A stretch of 64,000 nt of DNA, taken from contig CAMFJL010000012.1 in assembly GCA_945957175.1 (NCBI GenBank), forward strand, positions 33 through 64,032, in the 5' to 3' direction. Source of the stretch: an uncultured Legionellales bacterium (GTDB lineage Bacteria; Pseudomonadota; Gammaproteobacteria; UBA1113). The notes under the pieces are model-generated. The model was not told the DNA's origin, did not search any database, and worked only from the letters and a program-made list of their open reading frames with translations. Of the stretch, positions 42,445 to 52,923 are shown in pieces. The position numbers and the translations under genes are program-made. Each line of letters opens with the position of its first letter. Positions within the stretch are counted from its first letter, which is position 1.

Positions 42445-43197
42445 TCACATATGCAAATGCCGACCGCCATCAACTGTCAATATTGCTCCAGTCACATACG
42501 ATGCGTGGGCAAGATAATAAACGGCCTCGGCAACAGGTGCGGTATCACCAAAACGCTGCAATGGAATTCTCTTTAAAATATTATCACGTAATTCTGTGTC
42601 TATTTGACTAGCACCTTCGGGCGGTAACATAAAGCCTGGTGCGATGCCATTAACACGCACATGCGGTGCCAGCTCGTATGCCAGTGATTGTGTTACCATC
42701 ACAAGACCTGCCTTAGCAGCACAATACGCACTATAGCCTTTCAATGGTTGATTCGCATGAATATCTACCATATTGACAACCGATCCCTGATGGCTTGCTA
42801 ATAAATCGGCAAGCGCCTGCGTAAGAAAAAAAGCAGATTTCACATTACTTTGATGCAATTCGTCCCATGCGGCCTCGGTTACTTGACCCAACGGCGTTGG
42901 AAAAAAAGTGGAGGCATTATTCACAAGCAAATGAAGGCGCCCCCAGCAAGCACGTACTTGTACAGCCAAATCTTCAATCGCTGTCACGCTATTTAAATCT
43001 GCGGTGAGCAACTTTACCGAATCCTTACGTTGTTGATTAAGCTCGGCCGCTAAATGTATAGCCTCTTGCTGATGCCCGCGATAATGTAAAATAATGAGAT
43101 ATCCTTGCTGATGCAGATAACGAACAATAGCTGCACCAATACGACGCGAAGCACCCGTCACAAGTGCAATATCTGGTAAAATACTTGGCATATGCAT
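42445..43197 (-). CDS. short-chain dehydrogenase/reductase, FolM/pteridine-reductase-like
   Basis: TGASRRIGAAI Rossmann motif, NNAS, catalytic YCAAK. 250 aa. Confidence 0.7.
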   Translation of the reverse strand: MHMPSILPDIALVTGASRRIGAAIVRYLHQQGYLIILHYRGHQQEAIHLAAELNQQRKDSVKLLTADLNSVTAIEDLAVQVRACWGRLHLLVNNASTFFPTPLGQVTEAAWDELHQSNVKSAFFLTQALADLLASHQGSVVNMVDIHANQPLKGYSAYCAAKAGLVMVTQSLAYELAPHVRVNGIAPGFMLPPEGASQIDTELRDNILKRIPLQRFGDTAPVAEAVYYLAHASYVTGAILTVDGGRHLHM

Positions 43198-43219
43198 TCC
43201 TTAATAATGATAGGCTATC

Positions 43220-44308
43220 ATGACGATGACACCGAAAACTCAAAATCTCAGCGATGAATTACGTTTAGCGATAGCTACGCAAGGTCCTATGCCCTTTGAT
43301 CAATTCATGGCAGCTTGCTTATACCATCCTCATTTTGGCTATTACATGCGTACATCATCGCCACTTGGACGTGAGGGCGATTTTATCACAGCCCCGGAAC
43401 TTACCCCAGCCTTTGGTCAAACAATTGCTCATAGCCTAATAGGCGTATTAGACGCCTGTCAACATGCCGATATTGTTGAAGTCGGTGCCGGACACGGCAC
43501 ACTTGCAGCAACTATACTAGAAGCTTTGGCAGCAAAAAATAAACTACCGCGGTATTATGATATTGTTGATATTAGTCCCAGCTTACGACAAAAACAAAAT
43601 GAAACACTGAAAGCCTTGCCATCTGCGTTATATCAACGTGTTCGCTGGCTAGATACCTTACCACAAGCGTTTGAAGGTGTCTTATTAGCTAATGAATTAC
43701 TTGATGCACTGCCTATCACCATATACCATTGGTACCAAGAAACGCTATTCTTACTTGGCGTAACTTGGGATGGCACCGCATTTACTTGGATTGACATCCC
43801 TACGAACCATGTGCCTGACGCTATTATTGAATTGTCAAAACAGTTACCTGATGATTATTATATTGAATACCACCAAGAAGCGCATGCTTGGATAAAAAAA
43901 ACAGCCACATCCCTAAAAAAAGGTATGATTTTATGTTTCGATTATGGCTATGAAGCACAAGAATATTATCATCCACAGAGAACGCGAGGAACGCTTAATG
44001 CGTTTTACAAACATACAACAGGTGTTAGTCCACTTGCAAATCCAGGCTTACAGGATTTAACTTGCCACGTTAATTTTACTGAAATACAACAAGTCGCTTT
44101 TGAGCATGGTTTACATGTGGCAGGTTATACAACACAAGCTAATTTTCTTATTCGTGCTGGTATTTGTTTTCCAAACAACTTATCCATCGAAGCACAATAT
44201 ATCATGGCTCAGGCATTTAAAAAGCTATTATTACCTAGCGAAATGGGTGAGCTTGTGAAAGTCATTGCTTTGACGAAAAACATTGATATGCCTATATTAG
44301 GGTTTTGA
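43220..44308 (+). CDS. class I SAM-dependent methyltransferase, MidA/NDUFAF7 (DUF185) family
   Basis: 362 aa. DFITAPELTPAFGQ and VEVGAGHGTLA motifs characteristic of DUF185. Confidence 0.7.
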   Translation: MTMTPKTQNLSDELRLAIATQGPMPFDQFMAACLYHPHFGYYMRTSSPLGREGDFITAPELTPAFGQTIAHSLIGVLDACQHADIVEVGAGHGTLAATILEALAAKNKLPRYYDIVDISPSLRQKQNETLKALPSALYQRVRWLDTLPQAFEGVLLANELLDALPITIYHWYQETLFLLGVTWDGTAFTWIDIPTNHVPDAIIELSKQLPDDYYIEYHQEAHAWIKKTATSLKKGMILCFDYGYEAQEYYHPQRTRGTLNAFYKHTTGVSPLANPGLQDLTCHVNFTEIQQVAFEHGLHVAGYTTQANFLIRAGICFPNNLSIEAQYIMAQAFKKLLLPSEMGELVKVIALTKNIDMPILGF

Positions 44309-44338
44309 TATCGTTTGTATCTTTCAAAATACAGACAT

Positions 44339-44420
44339 GTCATCGCTATGCGATAATTTTTACCCTTAATTCAGCCTTCAAATACCTTCTCCAGCAAGAT
44401 GAGAAAAGCAGGCTTTAGAA
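44339..44420. repeat. MITE/REP-like element, diverged copy D
   Basis: tCATCGCTATGCGATAatttttacccttaattcagccttc... between convergent genes. Confidence 0.45.
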
Positions 44421-44448
44421 CTATGGCTTGGAATCTATTTTAATTGCG

Positions 44449-45171
44449 TTAATCAATAGAGCCTGTTATCAGCTGTTTTAAGGCCTGTTTTCTCATTTTC
44501 CAATCCGGCATCAATTCTGCAACAAGGCGATAAAAGGCTGGGCTATGATTAAAATGTAATAAATGGCAGAACTCGTGCAATACAACATAGTCAATACACG
44601 CGCTTGAAGCTTTTATTAAATGACTATTTAAGGTGATTTCACCTTGTTGACTTAAGCTACCCCAGCGACTTCGCATGCGGCGAATGCTTAAGTTAGGATA
44701 CGGTTTATGATGAAAATAAGGGTGTTCATGCCATTTAGCAATATAAGCAGGGAATGCTTCTTCACTTTGTGAATGATACCAACGATTCAGTTTTGCGGCT
44801 ACTTGCTTAGCCGTTAATTTTGTCGGTGCACTTATCTGAATCGTGTCACGTACAAGCTTAACCTGATGTGCACCCCCAACAAATAGCTTTAAAGTATACG
44901 CTTTTCCTAAAAAATAATGTATCTCGCCTGTCTGATATGTGAGTGTAGGCACCTTCGGCAAGGCCATGATTTTTTCACGTTGCTTGATAATCCAAGCAAG
45001 CTTCGCTTTAACAAAAGCATGAATATCACGTAGCGATACAAGTTTAGGCGCACGTACCACGACCTTATCATAATAAATTTGTATGACAACTGTCCTACGC
45101 TTTGTGCTGCGTACTAAGCTAAAATCAATTTGATGATTCTGATAGTTTATCTGATATTGTTCTTGTATCAT
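44449..45171 (-). CDS. YgjP-like DUF45 / M48-family zinc metallohydrolase
   Basis: 240 aa. C-terminal HEFCHLLHFNHSPAFYRLV HExxH motif typical of YgjP/SprT-like proteins. Confidence 0.7.
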   Translation of the reverse strand: MIQEQYQINYQNHQIDFSLVRSTKRRTVVIQIYYDKVVVRAPKLVSLRDIHAFVKAKLAWIIKQREKIMALPKVPTLTYQTGEIHYFLGKAYTLKLFVGGAHQVKLVRDTIQISAPTKLTAKQVAAKLNRWYHSQSEEAFPAYIAKWHEHPYFHHKPYPNLSIRRMRSRWGSLSQQGEITLNSHLIKASSACIDYVVLHEFCHLLHFNHSPAFYRLVAELMPDWKMRKQALKQLITGSID

Positions 45172-45189
45172 ATTTTAAATATCTAATGC

Positions 45190-46422
45190 TTATGTCAAAT
45201 TTTGATATAAATAATCACGTAATTTCTTCGTTTGGCTATTTAAATCAAAATGCTTTTTAAAATAGTGATAACCACAAGCGCCGATTTCCACTCTTGCTTC
45301 AGCTGACATATGATATATAGTCACAATCGCTTTTACCAGCGCATCCACATCGCCACTGGGACAACATAAGCCAGCATTTGCTTCCTCAATTATACGTGCA
45401 GCTTCGCCAGAAAGGCTGGCAATAATAGGCTTTTTTACGGATAAATAGCTTTGCAATTTACTTGGAATCGTTGCCATTAAACCAGAATCCGATTTAAGAG
45501 AGAGCCACAACACGGATGCAGCACTGTAAATAGCTGGCATCTTATCTGATGACACATGCCCCGTCATAGTAATATTCCTAAGCCCTTTGGCTTTTATGTC
45601 AGCAGCAATACTTGCTGCCGCACTACCATCACCCACGAAATACAGCTTAATATCGGGATATTGACGCAATTTTTCTGCTGCCAAAACCAGCGTCTCGCAA
45701 GACTGCGCTTTACCTATATTGCCCGCAAATACGATGGAAAAATGCTGTTTGATCTCCATCGCTATAGGGCAATTCACAGCAAGTGGTTCTAATTGGCTCA
45801 AATCTTCGGCTGGATTAGGATAATATAAAATTTTCTTAGGATCATCAACCAGCGCTTCAATAGACTGACGAAAACCTTCTGATTGAATTAAAATATAATC
45901 AGATTTTCGATAGATATCACGAACGATACGTCTCACACAAGCTAATAACCACGCATTTTTAATAAAACCCGTCGCCGCCAACGCATCAGGCCATAAATCT
46001 TGAACCCATAGATAGACGGGTATTTTTTTACGTCTCGCAAAAAAAATCGCGGGTAATGCTTGTAATAGCGGTGATGTAGCATAAACAAGTACAGCATCAT
46101 AGGTTTTTTGCTTAAGTGCGAAAGGTGCCATGATATAACCAGATAAAATAAAGGAGATATAATTTAAAAATAACGATATCGCTTTCCCTTTTTTTCTAGG
46201 AAATAACGGTATTCTGACGATATTGACTGCCTGATACGTTTGGTGCTGAATACCTGTTACTTTATAATCCGGGAAAATGTTACCCTGCGGATAATTGGGT
46301 TTTCCTGTTAGCACAGTGACTTTATCTGATTGCGTTGCCAGTGCTTGCGCTTGTTCATTAATACGAAAATGTTCTGGCCAAAAATGTTGCGACCAAATCA
46401 GTATGTGCATATCGATACCCAA
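45190..46422 (-). CDS. GT-B glycosyltransferase (GT4-like, WcaI-type N-terminal domain)
   Basis: 410 aa. Glycosyltransferase-4-like N-terminal domain and GT1 C-terminal domain. A likely start is MHILIW at 46410. Confidence 0.7.
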   Translation of the reverse strand: MGIDMHILIWSQHFWPEHFRINEQAQALATQSDKVTVLTGKPNYPQGNIFPDYKVTGIQHQTYQAVNIVRIPLFPRKKGKAISLFLNYISFILSGYIMAPFALKQKTYDAVLVYATSPLLQALPAIFFARRKKIPVYLWVQDLWPDALAATGFIKNAWLLACVRRIVRDIYRKSDYILIQSEGFRQSIEALVDDPKKILYYPNPAEDLSQLEPLAVNCPIAMEIKQHFSIVFAGNIGKAQSCETLVLAAEKLRQYPDIKLYFVGDGSAAASIAADIKAKGLRNITMTGHVSSDKMPAIYSAASVLWLSLKSDSGLMATIPSKLQSYLSVKKPIIASLSGEAARIIEEANAGLCCPSGDVDALVKAIVTIYHMSAEARVEIGACGYHYFKKHFDLNSQTKKLRDYLYQNLT

Positions 46423-46427
46423 ATGAC

Positions 46428-46500
46428 CTCATCGCTACACGATGATGTTATGACCCTTTATCCGGCTTTTAATTACTCCCGCCCGAGGAGAAGCGCATGT
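46428..46500. repeat. MITE/REP-like element, copy E
   Basis: CATCGCTACACGATGatgttatgaccctttatccggctttt... Confidence 0.5.
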
Positions 46501-46521
46501 TCAAAAAACCTAAATATAAGC

Positions 46522-47418
46522 TTACGCTTTTTCTTTCCCAAATAAAGCATCTAATTTAGCTTCATATGCATAGTAGTCGAGATATTTATATAAATCTACA
46601 CGCGTTTGCATCGATGAAACAGCTGCAGCTTGCGTACCATCATTGCGAATCGTTTCATAAACTTGCAAGGCGGCTTGATTCATGGCTCGAAAAGCACTTA
46701 GAGGATATAAGATCATCGCCACACCCACACTTACCAATGCATCACGGGTTAATAAGGGCGTTTGCCCAAACTCAGTCATATTTGCTAAAACAGGTACCTG
46801 CACTTGTGAGGTAAAAGTTTGATATTCTTCAAGCGTGCGCACTGCCTCTGCAAAAATCATGTCAGCACCAGCAGCAACATAAGCATTTGCGCGATCAATA
46901 GCAGCTTGTAAGCCTTCACTGGCTATCGCATCCGTTCGGGCCATGATCACAAAACTTGCATCAGTTCTGGCATCTACAGCGGCTTTGAGGCGATCAACCA
47001 TTTCCGAAGTGCTCACCAACGCTTTATTGGGACGATGACCGCAGCGTTTCGCAGCAACTTGATCTTCCATATGCACGGCCGCTGCGCCCGCACGAATCAT
47101 CTCTGTTACCGTACGAGCAATATTGAATGCACTACCCCATCCCGTATCAATATCGACTAATAAGGGTAAATCGGTCGTGGCCGTGATTCGAGATACATCG
47201 ACAAGTACATTGTCTAAGCTGGTGATCCCAAGATCGGGTAAACCATAAGAGGCATTAGCAACACCTGCACCTGAAAGATAAAGTGCTTTAAAACCACTGG
47301 CTTCAGCGAGTCTTGCAGCATAGGCATTGACACATCCAACAATTTGTAAGGGTTGCTCGTCAATAAGCGCCTGACGAAAACGTTGACCTGCTGTTGTTTT
47401 GCTCATGATATCACTCAC
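46522..47418 (-). CDS. prpB: methylisocitrate lyase-like (PrpB / PEP-mutase-isocitrate-lyase superfamily)
   Basis: 298 aa aligning end-to-end with E. coli PrpB, including [23 protein letters not shown] and [11 protein letters not shown]. No prpC or prpD nearby. Confidence 0.8.
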   Translation of the reverse strand: MSDIMSKTTAGQRFRQALIDEQPLQIVGCVNAYAARLAEASGFKALYLSGAGVANASYGLPDLGITSLDNVLVDVSRITATTDLPLLVDIDTGWGSAFNIARTVTEMIRAGAAAVHMEDQVAAKRCGHRPNKALVSTSEMVDRLKAAVDARTDASFVIMARTDAIASEGLQAAIDRANAYVAAGADMIFAEAVRTLEEYQTFTSQVQVPVLANMTEFGQTPLLTRDALVSVGVAMILYPLSAFRAMNQAALQVYETIRNDGTQAAAVSSMQTRVDLYKYLDYYAYEAKLDALFGKEKA

Positions 47419-47423
47419 CTATA

Positions 47424-48404
47424 TTAGTTAAGAACAGGCACAGGCACCTCATCAAAACTCCTTGGTTTGGATATTGGAGGTGATGTTGGTGTTTGTGTCT
47501 GAGCATTATTCTCTGGACCTGTGGGCTGCAGATAAGGATTATGTAGGCTCTTGGATGTTGGCTTAGCAGGCTCCGCTTGCGTAGGTAAGACAACAGGCTT
47601 TTGAACATTGGCGGCAGATGGATGAGGTGTGTTAACCGCAGCTGCCGGTGATGGTTGTGACGCTGACGCAACTGGCGGCTGTGGGGGTTCCTGAGCTGTT
47701 TTAGGTGTTGCCGTAGGCGCTTTGGGTGTAGACGTCGGCACCGAAGTATTGGCTGGGCCTGATGTCACCGCTTGCGGTGCTGGTGGTTGTTTGGGTGTAG
47801 CGACTGGTGCTTGCTTAGGCTCGGGTGTTGGTGCTTTTGGGATATCACTCACTGGTGGTGTCAGACTTGGGGCCACTGACCCGTTTATCGATGGCGACAC
47901 TGCTTTAGGTACTGCTGTTTCTTGCTGCGGCGCTGACGCAGGTAAAGCTTGTGTTGCTTCGACGGCTGGTGGTGGTGTTGATGGCTGTTTGGCTTGGTTC
48001 TCAGCAGCTACATCTGGCGTATGAGGGGCAGGTGTTGCTGCGCTCACCGGTGTTGGTGACGTAGTTGCAGTATTTTGATTATCTGCCTTTTTAGGCTGCA
48101 TTTCATACGGTGGTAAATAGGGATTTGTTGCATCTGAGCGCTTAACCGTTTTGGGCGTATACTGCATAACCGATGTTGGCGTATCTGCCAGCACCAGCGG
48201 CTCAGCCGCTATATTATCTGACTGCGCAGACACAAGTGTATCATCTAAAGTTTTGGTTTTACGGCCAGCACTCGGCATCGCTGGTAAATTAATCGTTTTT
48301 GTGACCATACTCGTGGCGGCACTCATTTTAGGTGCACCTTGCCCACAGGCAACCAAGCTTGCACTTAAAAACCCTAATATCAAGCACTTCATTGTACGGC
48401 TCAT
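47424..48404 (-). CDS. Pro/Ala/Thr-rich lipoprotein (low-complexity periplasmic linker protein)
   Basis: Lipobox LVAC after MSRTMKCLILGFLSAS. ~200 aa of PT/PA-rich low complexity. A GC-rich antisense ORF (47722..48024) is an artefact of that composition. The track start is 48422. Confidence 0.5.
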   Translation of the reverse strand: MSRTMKCLILGFLSASLVACGQGAPKMSAATSMVTKTINLPAMPSAGRKTKTLDDTLVSAQSDNIAAEPLVLADTPTSVMQYTPKTVKRSDATNPYLPPYEMQPKKADNQNTATTSPTPVSAATPAPHTPDVAAENQAKQPSTPPPAVEATQALPASAPQQETAVPKAVSPSINGSVAPSLTPPVSDIPKAPTPEPKQAPVATPKQPPAPQAVTSGPANTSVPTSTPKAPTATPKTAQEPPQPPVASASQPSPAAAVNTPHPSAANVQKPVVLPTQAEPAKPTSKSLHNPYLQPTGPENNAQTQTPTSPPISKPRSFDEVPVPVLN

Positions 48405-48636
48405 GCACCAACCCTTATCCACATAAAGAATCTTGCAAATTATACCGTTTTACATACCGAAGCGCTATATGCCTGTCATTCTTTCAATATGCTTGCTTAA
48501 TTCAGTGAACATATGATGGTATCCTAACAACTTACCGGATGGCACGGGAGTCTAAGCGCTCATTGACAAAAGCAGGTAGATAGCATAAAACTGGAGCATT
48601 CAAAAGAATATCAACACTTAGTTAAGGGAACATACT

Positions 48637-49920
48637 ATGTCATTGAGTTGGAGAGGAAAGCAACTGCGGATTGAGGAGATTAGCTGGAAAGATATTCGGG
48701 AAACCGTTAGACATCATGATCCTTATTTTGCTGAATTAATTGATGGGATTGGAGAAAAATCCATATCTAAAATTTATAAAGCTCGCTATGCCTATGGTAA
48801 CCACATTGTTGATCACGGTAAGTTTCATTTACCACTTGAGGATAATACTACTGTACCACTAACAGACGTAGACATTCCTCTCACATTACAAAATAATCTT
48901 GGTGCAAAAACTGTCCCTGTCAGTTTTATTTTATCTAAATCTGTTGAAGTTTTTTTTGAAGCTAAGCATTATGTTGTACCTTCCAAGCTTTGTGGCACTG
49001 GTTATTTTTTTGGACTATGGGAAGCCTTTGATCCTATTCCAAATGAAACATTAAGCTCTTCATGGCACTTAACTGCTGGTGCACGAACAATTTGTATGCT
49101 ACCCAGTATTGCAGATGCCATTCATTATCGAAGATTACAACGTGAGTTTCAATTAAAGAAAAATATTCCACCCTCGCACTTACTTGAACAACATCAATTA
49201 TTTACCGCGCTAAGCCGACATATAGATGAGCCGTCCTTAAAATGGGAATGTGAAATATTACTATTCTCTGATGACTGGACAAAAAATGAAAAATTGTATC
49301 CTATTAAAACCTATCTCCTTCAGCAAGCCTGGCATCAATCATACAACTGCCGAAGCAAGATGGATTATGATATTGGTTGGGATACGTTTAATGAAGAAAT
49401 AACACAGCGCAATTGGAAACCTAAAGCTTATAGCATTGCTATTATTAAGCATATTCTCGCAGTTTATGAGGGTATATATCCAAGTTTTATACCCGCATAT
49501 AACGATGATGCTGCACCGATAGCGTTTTTGCAGCGATGCTTTCTCGACATCTATAAGTTAAAAGACTATGCCCCGTATATCATGCATCTTGCTCATTTTA
49601 ATCATCAAAGAACACACTATTTTTCGTTAGCACTCCCAACTCAGTTTGATCATCCACCAACCGGTAGAAATAAAATGACTATAGCAAATCGTTTAGGAGA
49701 AATTAAGCGTATGCTTGAACTTTTATGTGGCTTAAACTTTAGTCAACTTGATACTGGTTATTTTCACTGCGATGACAATTTTAGTCATGAGATAAAAAGC
49801 TCACATAGCATTATAAGTGATGCACAAGCGCTGACCTGGCATAACGAACAATTTAACGGACTAAAATTTCCACATAAAAGTCAATTTTTTAAGGGCTGTA
49901 TAAGCATAGATCGAAAATAG
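48637..49920 (+). CDS. hypothetical protein (427 aa), no recognisable domain; effector-like island gene
   Basis: Long AT-rich ORF with RBS AAGGGAA. Confidence 0.5.
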   Translation: MSLSWRGKQLRIEEISWKDIRETVRHHDPYFAELIDGIGEKSISKIYKARYAYGNHIVDHGKFHLPLEDNTTVPLTDVDIPLTLQNNLGAKTVPVSFILSKSVEVFFEAKHYVVPSKLCGTGYFFGLWEAFDPIPNETLSSSWHLTAGARTICMLPSIADAIHYRRLQREFQLKKNIPPSHLLEQHQLFTALSRHIDEPSLKWECEILLFSDDWTKNEKLYPIKTYLLQQAWHQSYNCRSKMDYDIGWDTFNEEITQRNWKPKAYSIAIIKHILAVYEGIYPSFIPAYNDDAAPIAFLQRCFLDIYKLKDYAPYIMHLAHFNHQRTHYFSLALPTQFDHPPTGRNKMTIANRLGEIKRMLELLCGLNFSQLDTGYFHCDDNFSHEIKSSHSIISDAQALTWHNEQFNGLKFPHKSQFFKGCISIDRK

Positions 49921-50168
49921 CAATTAACTTTTATCAGTCTACAGATCTTAAAAGCAATCTTCTGCATTCAATATGTATACATGCAGCAATTTAATATTCT
50001 ATTTTTACATGCGATTTTTACAGGCAGAAATTGACTGCTCATATCATCATTGAAAATCTGCAATGCTTTTGATTAAATAAGTGCAATAGCAGTTATTTTA
50101 AAAATACCTATTATATTGAATACCTGTGGGTAACTCAACAATCTATTTCCAAATAAGGTAATACCGCA

Positions 50169-50399
50169 ATGCATATAAACAAACCTATATATACTATTAT
50201 TGCTCAATTATTTGAAAGTGATAAAACCATTTTTCGTCTTCAAAATATAAAAACTTTTGAATTGATTGAAAATACAGCTGATGCTATTTCATCAAACATT
50301 GATATGATTAAATCTTTAAGTAGCACTGACGCACATTTAATCGGATTTGTGAGTGCTTCAGAAAAAACCATATCCGACATAATGAGAATACGATCATAA
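50169..50399 (+). CDS. small hypothetical protein (76 aa), paralog of 8672..8914
   Basis: See the paralog alignment for 8672..8914. It again follows a ~250-bp AT-rich spacer. Confidence 0.45.
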   Translation: MHINKPIYTIIAQLFESDKTIFRLQNIKTFELIENTADAISSNIDMIKSLSSTDAHLIGFVSASEKTISDIMRIRS

Positions 50400-50599
50400 A
50401 TTATATTATAATAAGTCAAAAATATGATGACTATTTATTAAACTCACCGACGGTTAATGTTATTAGCCGATAAGCTCACATAAAGGTTATTAATGTTTTT
50501 ATAGGGAGAAGCTTTAACATATATGCGGATCCACAATCGAATTGGGAGACGCATTTGCTGGTATCCATAGTATCAATAAAGAAAATATATCATGACACT

Positions 50600-51523
50600 T
50601 TAGCCAAACGAATGCACAAAACTCATAACAAATCGATTGCCCTTGGTTCGGTTTTCAACATGACTCTCAGTATAATAATTGAATATAAGAACATTAGATG
50701 GTGTAAGTGGTACGCCAACGCCTGGGCCAATACCTAATACCTGTTCTTTAGAGTTTGGCGCAGGATTTCCTTTTGAGTTTCGCAGTTGTTTTAGATAATA
50801 TCCAGCAATGCCAAGCCGCAAATGTGGCTGAATAAGATACGACGTTGCAAAATTTTCAAGCACTGCCTGACCCGCTTGTATATGCGTATCTGGATTTTCT
50901 GCGCTCCAAATATAATAAAATCTTGATGATAACTCCCATTTAGGTGTGAGCAGCATGGTGCTTGCCCAATAAGATGCTAAATTATAGAAAGGCACGCCCG
51001 GATTAATTTGGTAATTTTTACTGTATTTTCCAATAGGAATTGTATTATCAAACTCTACTCTGTTATACCAAAAGGGACGACCATGCAACATCAGGGGTCC
51101 CCAAAATAAAAAAGGACTAATCGTTGGGTTGCACACCCCACCTTGATTAGCACGCAATCCTAACTTATTCGGTGTTTGCAAATTAGGCGCGAGGAGAACC
51201 GGTGCAAAAACAGTGATACCCAGGTGGGCATTTAATAAACTGGTATTGCGTGCGAGATACGTCAGCTCTGTAATAGACAACTGGGGGTTATAACTGGGAG
51301 AACTTACGCCACCAAGACGACCACCATGACTATTCGTAAACATTTGCGTGTCGTAGCTAACATAGCGCTGAGCAAAATACCAACCATAGCCTGGTCCGAG
51401 TGGAACTGCGTTTAAAAAGCTAACATAGCCGAAGTGTAATGGCGGAAGATCATACGCAAATGTTGACCCCGCAAAAAAAAGAAACGCAAACCCTATACCG
51501 ATATAATGTCTCAGCTTCAACAC
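50600..51523 (-). CDS. putative outer-membrane beta-barrel protein (MetA/phenol-degradation-like transporter family)
   Basis: Signal peptide MLKLRHYIGIGFAFLFFAGSTFA. Alternating aromatic/hydrophilic beta-strand pattern with Tyr/Gly-rich composition. Confidence 0.5.
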   Translation of the reverse strand: MLKLRHYIGIGFAFLFFAGSTFAYDLPPLHFGYVSFLNAVPLGPGYGWYFAQRYVSYDTQMFTNSHGGRLGGVSSPSYNPQLSITELTYLARNTSLLNAHLGITVFAPVLLAPNLQTPNKLGLRANQGGVCNPTISPFLFWGPLMLHGRPFWYNRVEFDNTIPIGKYSKNYQINPGVPFYNLASYWASTMLLTPKWELSSRFYYIWSAENPDTHIQAGQAVLENFATSYLIQPHLRLGIAGYYLKQLRNSKGNPAPNSKEQVLGIGPGVGVPLTPSNVLIFNYYTESHVENRTKGNRFVMSFVHSFG

Positions 51524-51645
51524 ACATCTTCCCTATTGATATACCCATTGTCTTTCAAAAAAACTGGAGTATATTATCATATGCAGAAACAAATGCTAGA
51601 CTACTTTAACATGCTTCAGATAAAACGATGGATTGAGGATACACT

Positions 51646-52899
51646 GTGAAAAATGACAAGTTCAGGGATATTATTGCCGGGCTTTATGGACACACGCTTG
51701 AATGGTACGACTTTCTTTTATATGCAAGCTTTGCACCCATATTTGCTAAAGTGTTTTTCCCTACGAAAAATGATTTTGTATCGTTACTGACGACATTTGC
51801 CGTTTTTTCTGTTGCTTTTCTTATGCGGCCTGTTGGTGGTGTGATTATAGGACATTTTGCTGATAAGGTAGGACGACGAAAAGCACTTATTTTAACCGTA
51901 TCTGCCATGTCTTGTGTCACTTTTCTCATTGGCTGTTTACCCGGATTTTCTTATTTAGGCATTGCCTCTCCCATTTTATTTATTGCGCTACGACTCATAC
52001 AAAGCTTAATTGTCGGTGGAGAATTGCCAGGTTCTGCAACGTTTTTGATAGAACATACAGGAAAAGAAAAAAAATCAGGCTTAGTGAGTAGCTTCATTTT
52101 TGCAACAGCCACCTTTGGTATCGCTGTCGCCGCATTGACAGCGGCCGGCTTAAGTGAGCTCATTCCAGCGCCCCATTTTACTGATTGGGGCTGGCGTATT
52201 GCCTATTGGCTGGGTGCAGCACTAGGCCTCATAGGCATTTATTTACGCCTCCATAGTCGTGAAACAGAAGACTTTTTAACCATGACTACCAAAGAAAAAT
52301 TACCTATTAAAGTTATTTTAACTGAGCATAAATACGCATTGTTAGGATCCGTTATTTACACGGCAATACTAGCATCTGGCAATTATTTAGTCATTGCCTA
52401 TGTCACCACTTATCTAATACGTATAGAAAATTTTTCAACAAATGCAGCATTTGCTATCAATGCCGTATCCATGCTAGCCATGACACTATTTATTGTCACC
52501 TTTGGATATATTTCACAGTTGGTAAATGCAAAACGTCTATTTCTCTTAGGTGTCACCTCTGTTGTCATTCTTATTTTTCCTATTTTTTATTTGTTGTCAC
52601 GTGGGAATGTATTTTATGCATTATGTGCAGAATTATTGATTGCTTTGGTTTTATCGCCGATTAACGCCACCTTGCCAACACTACTAACTCATTTATTTCC
52701 AACTGAAGTCAGAGCTAGCGGTGTATCGTTAGGATATAACTTGGGACAAGGATTATTTGGCGGTACTTTTCCCATGATTGGGCTCGCGCTAGTCGAGCTA
52801 ACCGCGAATAAATTTTCACCGGCATGGTATTTATTTTCATGGGGTGTCATTGTACTCATCATGATACGTTGCTGTCGTTTTAAAGAATACAAAGCTTAG
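51646..52899 (+). CDS. MFS transporter, metabolite:H+ symporter (ProP-like) family
   Basis: 12 TM. N-terminal GLYGHTLEWYDFLLYASFAPIFAKVFFP and RPVGGVIIGHFADKVGRRK motifs typical of the MHS family. Confidence 0.8.
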   Translation: MKNDKFRDIIAGLYGHTLEWYDFLLYASFAPIFAKVFFPTKNDFVSLLTTFAVFSVAFLMRPVGGVIIGHFADKVGRRKALILTVSAMSCVTFLIGCLPGFSYLGIASPILFIALRLIQSLIVGGELPGSATFLIEHTGKEKKSGLVSSFIFATATFGIAVAALTAAGLSELIPAPHFTDWGWRIAYWLGAALGLIGIYLRLHSRETEDFLTMTTKEKLPIKVILTEHKYALLGSVIYTAILASGNYLVIAYVTTYLIRIENFSTNAAFAINAVSMLAMTLFIVTFGYISQLVNAKRLFLLGVTSVVILIFPIFYLLSRGNVFYALCAELLIALVLSPINATLPTLLTHLFPTEVRASGVSLGYNLGQGLFGGTFPMIGLALVELTANKFSPAWYLFSWGVIVLIMIRCCRFKEYKA

Positions 52900-52923
52900 C
52901 GTCATGCATGGGCACCACCACAC

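Noticed and set aside
47722..48024. GC-rich 100-aa antisense ORF (GVDVGTEVLAG...)
   Set aside because: Mirror image of the Pro/Ala/Thr-rich lipoprotein coding sequence, a low-complexity artefact.
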